This document shows positions 9,639-15,713 of a DNA stretch of 64,000 nt, in pieces. How positions within the stretch are numbered: the first letter of the stretch is position 1; each line of letters opens with the position of its first letter. Location of the stretch: the NCBI GenBank assembly GCA_900316045.1, contig ONBM01000024.1, positions 15,400-79,399 on the forward strand, given 5' to 3'. The DNA comes from an uncultured Bacteroidales bacterium (GTDB taxonomy: Bacteria; Bacteroidota; Bacteroidia; Bacteroidales; UBA932). Position numbers and translations under genes: made by a program. Under the pieces are notes generated by a model. It was given only the letters and a program-made list of their open reading frames with translations. It did no database searches and had not been told where the DNA came from.

Positions 9639-10886
9639 ATGAAATTTGATGCTATCATAATTGGAGGAGGGCTTTCCTCCCTTGTCTGCGGCATTCGCTT
9701 GCAAGAGGCAGGAAAGCAGTGTCTCATCGTTTCTGCAGGGCAGAATGCCTTGCACTTTTCTACTGGCACTTTCGGCTTGCTTGGGAGGCTTCCGGACGGT
9801 ACGGCGGTTGAAGAGCCGCTTCTGGATATTCCTAAATTACCGGAGAATCACCCATATTCAAAGATAGGGATTGAGAGGATAAAGGAATATGCTGCCGGCG
9901 TGATTCCTTTTTTCAGAAAGTATGGCATCAAGCTTTGCGGTTTCAATGGTGCAAACGGCTGGCGTTTCACTCCGATGGGGACTTTCAAGCCGGCCTGGCT
10001 GGCTTTGGAGGAAATCCCGTTTTTTAAATCTCCAGATGAGGTCATAGGGCATAAGGCATTGATTGCCAATTTTGCTGGCTTCATGGATTTCAATAGCGTC
10101 TTCATTGCTGAAGGGCTTGAGAAGAAGGGACTTTCTTGCAGGATAGAGTCGGTGAAACTGAAGGTCGTGGAGAATCTTCGTGCCAATCCAACTGAGATGC
10201 GTTCTATCAATATAGCTCGTGTAATGGAGCAGGAAGAATGCTGGAAAGAGTTTGGCCGGAGAGTTCATTCGCTTTTGAAAGATGAAGATGTCGTGGTGCT
10301 CCCAGAGGTGTTCGGTTTGAATAACCCTCTCGTGTGTGACTGGGTTAGGGAGATGATAAAGGCCAATGTGCTGTTCGTTGGAACTATGCCACCTTCCGTT
10401 GCAGGCATCCGCACTCAGAAACTATTGAAAAAGGCTTTCGAGAACATCGGAGGAACGTTCCTGATGGGGGACGAGGCTCTCGGTTCTTCTATTTCTGATG
10501 GCGTTGTAACGAGCATCAAGACTAGAAACCTTGATGGGACTCTGCTGGAGGCTGATGATTTCGTGCTGGCCAGCGGACATCTGTTCGCTCATGGCTTAGT
10601 CGCATCGCCAGGCAAGATTGAGGAGCCTGTGTTCGGGCTGGACGTGGATTTCGTTCCTGACAGGAACGAGTGGTACGATAAGAATTTCTTCGAAAAGCAG
10701 AATTATCTTGGCTTTGGAGTCGTGACTGATTCTCGTTTCAGGGCATTCAAGAATGGTTCTTTGGTCGATAATGTTTATGTTATTGGTTCTGAGGTCGGCG
10801 GGTGCAATTCGCTGAGCGAGGGGAGTGGCGCTGGCGTGGCCATAATGACCGCTCTGCGGGTCGCTGATGAAATCATTGGAGGATAG
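9639..10886 (+). CDS. glpB: anaerobic glycerol-3-phosphate dehydrogenase subunit B
   Basis: FDAIIIGGGLSSL dinucleotide-binding motif. Position between glpA and glpC. Confidence 0.85.
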   Translation: MKFDAIIIGGGLSSLVCGIRLQEAGKQCLIVSAGQNALHFSTGTFGLLGRLPDGTAVEEPLLDIPKLPENHPYSKIGIERIKEYAAGVIPFFRKYGIKLCGFNGANGWRFTPMGTFKPAWLALEEIPFFKSPDEVIGHKALIANFAGFMDFNSVFIAEGLEKKGLSCRIESVKLKVVENLRANPTEMRSINIARVMEQEECWKEFGRRVHSLLKDEDVVVLPEVFGLNNPLVCDWVREMIKANVLFVGTMPPSVAGIRTQKLLKKAFENIGGTFLMGDEALGSSISDGVVTSIKTRNLDGTLLEADDFVLASGHLFAHGLVASPGKIEEPVFGLDVDFVPDRNEWYDKNFFEKQNYLGFGVVTDSRFRAFKNGSLVDNVYVIGSEVGGCNSLSEGSGAGVAIMTALRVADEIIGG

Positions 10887-10889
10887 GAT

Positions 10890-12128
10890 ATGGAGAAGAA
10901 AGAAGTTAGCTTCAATAATTTTGAGCAGTGCATCAAGTGCACGGTTTGCACGGCGTACTGCCCCGTGGTGCCAGTGAATCCTCGCTTCCCTGGTCCTAAG
11001 CAGGCCGGCCCTGATGAGGAGAGGCTTCGCTTGAAGAACAAGATGTTCTTCGATGAGAACCTGAAATATTGCTTGAACTGCAAACGCTGCGAGGTTTCTT
11101 GCCCATCTGGCGTGAATATAGCTGATTTGATTCAGTCTGCTAGGCGACGCTACAGCGCCGCCACGCCGACTCTCCGTGATACCATACTTGCTAATACCGA
11201 CATAATGGGGCATCTTGCTCGTCCGTTCGCTCCCATAGTTAATTCTATGGTGGCAGCCAAGCCTGTGAAAGCTGTGATGGACGCGGTTCTGGATATTGAT
11301 AAGAATCGCACTTTCCCAAAATACAAGGCTCACGGCTTCGTTGGATGGTTTAATCGAGAGGCACGGTCGAAGCAAGCTGCATATTCAAAGAAAGTGGCCT
11401 TCTTCCATGGTTGTTCTACTGAGTTTCAGCACCCTGAGGTGGGGAAGGCTTTCGTGGAAGTGATGAATGCCGTTGGTTATGGGGTGGAACTTATGAATGA
11501 AGAGTGCTGCGGGGTGGCTATGATTGCGAATGGGCTTTGGAAACAGGCTAGCAGGCACGCTAAGCACAATGTCGCCGTATTCGAGAAGATGGTAGGCGAG
11601 GGGCTTCCTATAGTTGCCACTGCTTCCACTTGCACTTTCACCATGAGGGATGAATATCCTCACGTGCTGGATGTTGACAATTCCAAAGTTCGGGACAGCA
11701 TTACTCTGGTGGAGAAGTTTTTGTTTGATTTGATCGATGCAGGTAAGGTCATACTGGTATTCAAGAAAGATTACGCCGCTCGCATAGCCTATCATATTCC
11801 GTGTCACATGGAAAAGTTAGGATGGAGCATATTCACGAAGCGGCTCATGCAGATGATTCCTGGGGTGGCTTTCACTGTGCTGGATAGCGGCTGCTGCGGC
11901 ATTGCTGGCACCTACGGCTTCAAGAAAGAGAATTATAAAAATTCACAAGAAATAGGACGGCCTGTGTTTGAGCAGATTCGTGCCCTTGCGCCAGACTTCG
12001 TCTGCAGCGAGTGTGATACCTGCAAGTGGCAGATTGAAATGTCCACAGGCTACAAAGTCCTGAACCCAATCGTTATCCTAGCTGAAGCCCTCGACCTCCC
12101 AGCCACCACCGCAGCCAACCGCCAGTGA
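10890..12128 (+). CDS. glpC: anaerobic glycerol-3-phosphate dehydrogenase subunit C (Fe-S)
   Basis: Two ferredoxin-type clusters (CIKCTVCTAYCP, CLNCKRCEVSCP) and CCG-domain repeats (CCG, CHM). Confidence 0.9.
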   Translation: MEKKEVSFNNFEQCIKCTVCTAYCPVVPVNPRFPGPKQAGPDEERLRLKNKMFFDENLKYCLNCKRCEVSCPSGVNIADLIQSARRRYSAATPTLRDTILANTDIMGHLARPFAPIVNSMVAAKPVKAVMDAVLDIDKNRTFPKYKAHGFVGWFNREARSKQAAYSKKVAFFHGCSTEFQHPEVGKAFVEVMNAVGYGVELMNEECCGVAMIANGLWKQASRHAKHNVAVFEKMVGEGLPIVATASTCTFTMRDEYPHVLDVDNSKVRDSITLVEKFLFDLIDAGKVILVFKKDYAARIAYHIPCHMEKLGWSIFTKRLMQMIPGVAFTVLDSGCCGIAGTYGFKKENYKNSQEIGRPVFEQIRALAPDFVCSECDTCKWQIEMSTGYKVLNPIVILAEALDLPATTAANRQ

Positions 12129-12325
12129 GAGGCAGTCGCACCACCACCGCAGGTCGCTGCCATTGAGACGCCGCCGCAGCCAAGCGCTAGAGATAGGCAG
12201 TCGCACCACCACCGCAGGTCGCTGCCATTGAGACGCCGCCGCAGCCAAGCGCTAGAGATAGGCAGTCGCACCACCTCCGCAGGTCGCTGCCATTGAGACG
12301 CCGCCGCAGCCAAGCGCCAGAGAGA
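12105..12325. repeat. GC-rich tandem repeat, 65-bp period, three full copies plus one partial copy
   Basis: The unit GGCAGTCGCACCACCACCGCAGGTCGCTGCCATTGAGACGCCGCCGCAGCCAAGCGCTAGAGATA starts at 12131, 12196 and 12261. The partial leading copy covers the last glpC codons and the stop codon. Confidence 0.9.
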
Positions 12326-12447
12326 GGCCGCCAAGCCCAGGGCTCCTGATTCCATTCACTCCTTCAGACGTGATGACAGTCGGCTTGAACATGGTCTCGG
12401 CAAAGAATATTCATGAAGTTGTTTGAATAAAAAATACTTCGAAAAAA

Positions 12448-12479
12448 TTTGTTTATTTAATCAGGAAGTAATACCTTTG
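12448..12479 (+). promoter_or_regulatory. canonical Bacteroidetes promoter (-33 TTTG, -7 TACCTTTG) for the tRNA-Lys pair
   Basis: TTTG at 12448-12451 and TACCTTTG at 12472-12479, with 20-nt spacing. It lies 33 nt upstream of the first tRNA. Confidence 0.55.
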
Positions 12480-12511
12480 CAATCCCGAAAGGCAAGACCC
12501 GAGGTTGGAAT

Positions 12512-12584
12512 GATTCGTTAGCTCAGTTGGTAGAGCACAACACTTTTAATGTTGGGGTCTCGGGTTCGAGCCCCGAACGGATCA
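12512..12584 (+). tRNA. tRNA-Lys (anticodon TTT)
   Basis: Hand-folded cloverleaf. Acceptor GATTCGT/ACGGATC (one G-U pair), D arm GCTC-AGTTGGTA-GAGC, anticodon stem CAACA/TGTTG with loop CTTTTAA, T arm TCGGG-TTCGAGC-CCCGA. An encoded CCA follows. Confidence 0.9.
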
Positions 12585-12592
12585 CCAAAAAT

Positions 12593-12665
12593 GCTTTGCT
12601 AGCTCAGTTGGTAGAGCAACTGACTCTTAATCAGTGGGTCTAGGGTTCGAGTCCCTAGCAGAGCA
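12593..12665 (+). tRNA. tRNA-Lys (anticodon CTT)
   Basis: Hand-folded cloverleaf. Acceptor GCTTTGC/GCAGAGC, anticodon stem ACTGA/TCAGT with loop CTCTTAA, T arm TAGGG-TTCGAGT-CCCTA. Confidence 0.9.
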
Positions 12666-12671
12666 CATCGG

Positions 12672-12727
12672 AAGAACGCTAATTGTCTGGTTTTCAGCAG
12701 TTAGCGTTCTTTGTTTTCTTCTGTTTT
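12672..12727 (+). terminator. intrinsic terminator after the tRNA-Lys pair
   Basis: Perfect 11-bp stem AAGAACGCTAA / TTAGCGTTCTT (12672-12682 and 12701-12711), followed by a T-rich tract. Confidence 0.7.
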
Positions 12728-12756
12728 TAGGCAATGGGACACCCATTTGATCAGTT
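12723..12756. repeat. short module m1; an inverted copy lies at 62420-62452
   Basis: The reverse complement AACTGATCAAATGGGTGTCCCATTGCCTAAAAAC matches AACTGCGCAAATGGTTGTCCCATTGCTGAAAAC. It contains the small hairpin AATGGG-aca-CCCATT. Confidence 0.7.
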
Positions 12757-12760
12757 TGCT

Positions 12761-12914
12761 ATGGATAGGGTGGGCAGGAGGTGCTTCTCATATGCCTGAT
12801 AATCAATATGTTCGCTCACGTCAATTGCCCACCCTGCCTGATTTTCCTATGGGTGAGCAGCACCCATATTGATAATCAATTGCTTACGAAGACGTTTTGC
12901 TCACCCCCTGGAGG
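12761..12914. repeat. 154-bp twin-hairpin module, copy 1
   Basis: Direct repeat of 13709-13862 (~92% identity, ungapped). Hairpin 1 is GGGTGGGCA (12768-12776) / TGCCCACCC (12826-12834). Hairpin 2 is GGGTGAGCA (12851-12859) / TGCTCACCC (12898-12906). Both loops carry a TGATAATCA-type palindrome. Confidence 0.85.
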
Positions 12915-12917
12915 CTC

Positions 12918-12962
12918 ATGGGAAAAGTTTGTGTTCATGAACGTCATTCTGCGCCTTCTCCA
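12918..12962. repeat. 45-bp module with perfect palindrome GTTCATGAAC, copy 1
   Basis: ATGGGAAAAG..TGTGTTCATGAACGTCATTCTGCGCCT recurs at 14461-14505. Confidence 0.75.
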
Positions 12963-13367
12963 GCACGCTGTGGGGCTGGCAGTTGCTGAGGCCTGTGCGC
13001 ATATCGAGATGAAGATTATGTAGAAGATAATCTTTCCCCACCCTGTCCCCTTGCAACTCACTCGGGAGTGGATATGGCGTACAAGGCGATGTAGTGGTGG
13101 ATGACCGATTTTCGCCAGTCCCAACAGCCAGCCAAAAGTCAGTGCGACTCCAATCCATACGCCCCGGGAGCATTTCTCCTCCCGAGTGATTTGCATGGAG
13201 GCTTTGCGACAAGCCGGGATTTCCTATTACAAAAATATTTTTCCCTACTCCTCCTGAGTGATTTGCATGGAGGCTTTGCGACAAGCCGGGAGTTCCAATT
13301 GCAAAAATATTTTTCCCTTCTCCTCCCGAGTGATTAGCATGGAGGCTTTGCGACAGGGGCGACTTCG
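12951..13367. repeat. conserved non-coding element, copy A (273 bp once the internal tandem units are collapsed)
   Basis: It aligns without gaps to the reverse complement of 62032-62304, with about 18 mismatches in 273 positions by hand count. Confidence 0.85.
13176..13355. repeat. 72-bp tandem repeat, 2.5 units, inside element copy A
   Basis: Units start at 13176, 13248 and 13320 (GAGTG anchors at 13184, 13256, 13328). The partner copy B has a single unit. Confidence 0.9.
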
Positions 13368-13524
13368 GTCCAAGTCCCAAACTCTGTGTACAAGAATGCA
13401 AGTAATCACCTTGGACCGAACGGTTCTCCGATGGTGACACGGGTCCCGGGAGAGACAGCCCTCGCATTGTTCTTATAGACACATGCTCGAATTTAAGTGA
13501 TTGCTTATTAATCGCCATCCTATT

Positions 13525-13665
13525 CAAACACTTCCGTCTTCCCGTACGACCCGCCACGTCATCCCGAACCCGATTCTCAGTTCCTGCACGACGCCACGTA
13601 ATCCCGAACCCGATTCAGTTCCTGCACGACCTACTTAGTCTTCCCGTACGACCCGCCACGTCGCT
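13525..13665. repeat. cluster of short direct repeats
   Basis: GTCTTCCCGTACGACCCGCCACGTC occurs twice. ATCCCGAACCCGATTC(TC)AGTTCCTGCACGAC occurs twice in tandem. Confidence 0.8.
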
Positions 13666-13708
13666 AATTCCGACTCCCTGATATATTCCGTCCTCTCTGA
13701 TAAAGTCG

Positions 13709-13862
13709 ATGGATAGGGTGAGCAGGAGGTGTTTTTCATATACTTGATTATCAATATGTTCTATCACGTCAGTTGCCTACCCTGCCTGATTTTCATATGG
13801 GTGAGCAGCACCCCTATTGATAATCAATTGCTTACGAAGACGTTTTGCTCACCCCCTGGAGA
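13709..13862. repeat. 154-bp twin-hairpin module, copy 2
   Basis: Direct repeat of 12761-12914. Hairpin 2 is intact. Hairpin 1 carries one wobble and one mismatch. Confidence 0.85.
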
Positions 13863-14460
13863 CCGGCTATCCGTCAGGGATGCAGGCAAGCAAAAAGACT
13901 GCGGCCTTACGCGAAAACCTCATCCTGCGCATTCAGGTCATCAAGTCATGAGCCCCTCGAGCGGCAAGCTCTCGAAACTTGCCTGAACCCTTGCCGACCA
14001 CGACAATCATGATTGCTGACCGCCATGGTCAGGAACGAATATCATTCCGAATGCTTTTGCCGAGCGAGCCATTATCATGCGCAATGCTCTCTAGTTCTGT
14101 TTGCCATGAAAACCCCCTCCATGTCATCATGGATGTTTGCATGCCCACATCGACTACTGCCATCCCAGGTCCATGCCACCTCTCGCGGCAAAAGCATTAC
14201 GCTCCACATAGCATGTCACTTCCAGAGACGGTTGTGCCCTTGCGATGGCTTTCTGGTTGGGATCCGCCCGTCGGATTCGTCCGCCGAACCCGTGGCCTTG
14301 AAACGATGTCGTATTTTTTTACAATTTCTGGAAGCGGCGATGCATAGTAGCGGTTTGTTCCGAACCCGTGGCGCATCCGTGGAGGCATTCATCCTAAGGC
14401 TCTCACGTATTCGTGATTTTGTTCTTAAGCACAGGTTTTTGCATCTGACCCGAAACAGCT

Positions 14461-14505
14461 TATGGGGAAAAGCATGTGTTCATGAACGTCATTCTGCGCC
14501 TCCTG
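14461..14505. repeat. 45-bp GTTCATGAAC module, copy 2
   Basis: Matches 12918-12962. It stands alone here, without the 273-bp element next to it. Confidence 0.75.
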
Positions 14506-14589
14506 TATTTTCCGTGTAGAATGTGCGGCAGAGCGATGTGCAAGCGGTTGTTTCGGTGTATGCCTGAGCCTGTCATAGCTGCTGCAGCC

Positions 14590-14790
14590 GAGAACGGTAA
14601 AAAAAAGAGGCTGGCTCACATTAGATTGGCTGGCGGACGTGCCGAAGCTCACGCTGAGAACGGTAAAAAAAAGAGGCCGGCTCACATTCGACTGGCTGGC
14701 GGACGTGCCGAAGCTCACGCTGAGAACGGTAAAAAAAATTGAGGCCGGCTCAAATTAGAGCCAGCCTCGTTAGCTTCCTAATCATGTCAA
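14590..14790. repeat. 66-bp tandem repeat, three units, derived from the terminator of the adjacent minus-strand gene
   Basis: GAGAACGGTAAAAAAAAGAGGC.GGCTCA starts at 14590, 14656 and 14722. Only the unit proximal to the gene keeps a strong hairpin. Confidence 0.85.
14731..14768 (-). terminator. intrinsic terminator of the DUF1080 gene
   Basis: Minus strand reads GAGGCTGGCTC-taattt-GAGCCGGCCTC (11-bp stem, one G-U pair) followed by a T8 run. Confidence 0.75.
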
Positions 14791-14793
14791 TTA

Positions 14794-15564
14794 TTACAGA
14801 TTGCGTATCCAGATGTTTCTGTAGCTGATAGGCTTGCTAGGGTCGCCATGTGCCTGGAGCCTGATAGGACCTGCGCCATGCTTTACGACGCGAGGCAGGC
14901 CGATGAACTCTGTCGTGCCGCTAATTTCGGTGTCGTTCTGGACAACTACCCCGTTATGTATGACTGTGACCCGAGGATAATTGCGATATGAACCGTCTTC
15001 CTTGAAGTCCGGAGCCTTGTAGATGATGTCATAGACATTCCATTCCCCAGGCTTACGCATTGCGTTCACAAGCGGAACGGCTTGTTTGTAGATGCTGGCG
15101 GCCTGGCCGTTGACGTATGTTTTATTCTTGTAACTGTCAAGCACCTGAACTTCATACATGCCCTGAAGGAAAATTCCGCTGTTGCCTCTAGCCTGCGATG
15201 AACCCTCAATGTCTGTAGGCACGCACCACTCGATGTGGAGCTGGAAATCGTTGAATTTGTCCTTAGTCTGAATGTCACCTGTACTCTTATCTACAGTCAC
15301 GACCCCGTCATGAACCTTCCATAGAGCAGCGCCGCCTTTTGCGCTTTCCCATTTAGACAAGTCCTTCCCGTCGAAAAGAATTATTGCATCGGATGGAGCT
15401 GTGAAACCGCCGCCATCAATGGTAGCCCCAGGCGTGACTACAGGGACTTCTGGAGAATAGAACTCAGTCATCTCGTGAGTCATCTTATTTTTTTCTTGTG
15501 CGCCAGCAATCATGGCCGGCAGGAGAATGGCGATAGTGAAAAAGAATTTTTTTGAATATTCCAT
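14794..15564 (-). CDS. DUF1080 domain protein (3-keto-disaccharide hydrolase family), secreted
   Basis: Signal peptide. Blocks LFDGKDLSKWES and FQLHIEWCVP...SGIFLQGMYEVQVLDS are typical of DUF1080. Confidence 0.85.
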   Translation of the reverse strand: MEYSKKFFFTIAILLPAMIAGAQEKNKMTHEMTEFYSPEVPVVTPGATIDGGGFTAPSDAIILFDGKDLSKWESAKGGAALWKVHDGVVTVDKSTGDIQTKDKFNDFQLHIEWCVPTDIEGSSQARGNSGIFLQGMYEVQVLDSYKNKTYVNGQAASIYKQAVPLVNAMRKPGEWNVYDIIYKAPDFKEDGSYRNYPRVTVIHNGVVVQNDTEISGTTEFIGLPRVVKHGAGPIRLQAHGDPSKPISYRNIWIRNL

Positions 15565-15713
15565 ATTCGTTATTTTAAAAACGTTCTTGTGAATTCCGAG
15601 ATTAAAGTTACTATTTCCTGAGTAAAAAAAGAAATATTATTCATGAGCATTTTCCCCTACAATCAATTTTACTATCTTAGCGTAGCTAAAAAACACCTAA
15701 TGCCATTGATATC

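Noticed and set aside
13101-13337. The 78-aa ORF sharing its ATG position with the 69-aa ORF at 61945..62154 could be a small protein.
   Set aside because: Of the six differences in the shared part, four are non-synonymous. The two ORFs diverge completely after about 37 codons. There is no signal of purifying selection.
13176-13355. The regular 72-bp periodicity, with a conserved ~35-nt core, could suggest a small CRISPR array.
   Set aside because: The would-be spacers are themselves conserved between units (TTCCTATTACAAAAATATTTTTCCCTA versus GTTCCAATTGCAAAAATATTTTTCCCTT). There are only 2.5 units and no cas genes. This is a plain tandem repeat.
12916-13557. The 213-aa ORF (and its 114-aa counterpart at 61995..62339) spanning the conserved element could be a protein.
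   Set aside because: It has a GTG start with no conserved start position in the partner. Its composition is odd (H/S/C/G rich). The non-synonymous to synonymous ratio between copies is near neutral (about 13:5). Part of its length comes from the tandem repeat.
12761-13862. The two 154-bp copies could be a template/variable repeat pair of a diversity-generating retroelement.
   Set aside because: The 13 mismatches are a mix of transitions and transversions and are not adenine-specific. Neither copy lies in an ORF. No reverse transcriptase is present.
13933-14010. A 25-codon minus-strand ORF, MIVVVGKGSGKFRELAARGAHDLMT, looks like the start of a P-loop kinase remnant.
   Set aside because: The glycine spacing does not fit Walker A (G-x4-GK[ST]). 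The fragment is too short to judge without a database search.
12131-14790. Known housekeeping RNAs (tmRNA, RNase P RNA, SRP RNA, 6S) hidden in the gene-free patch.
   Set aside because: I looked for hallmark strings: GAGGAAAGTCCGGGC for RNase P, a tRNA-like GGTTCGATTCC...CCA end for tmRNA, and GGAAGGAAGCAGC-type SRP domain IV. None was present.
12593-14793. An integrated genomic island at tRNA-Lys(CTT) with att repeats.
   Set aside because: I found no second copy of the tRNA 3' end (GGGTTCGAGTCCCTAGCAGAGCA) and no integrase or excisionase remnant. It is kept only as a 'possible scar' hypothesis in the findings.
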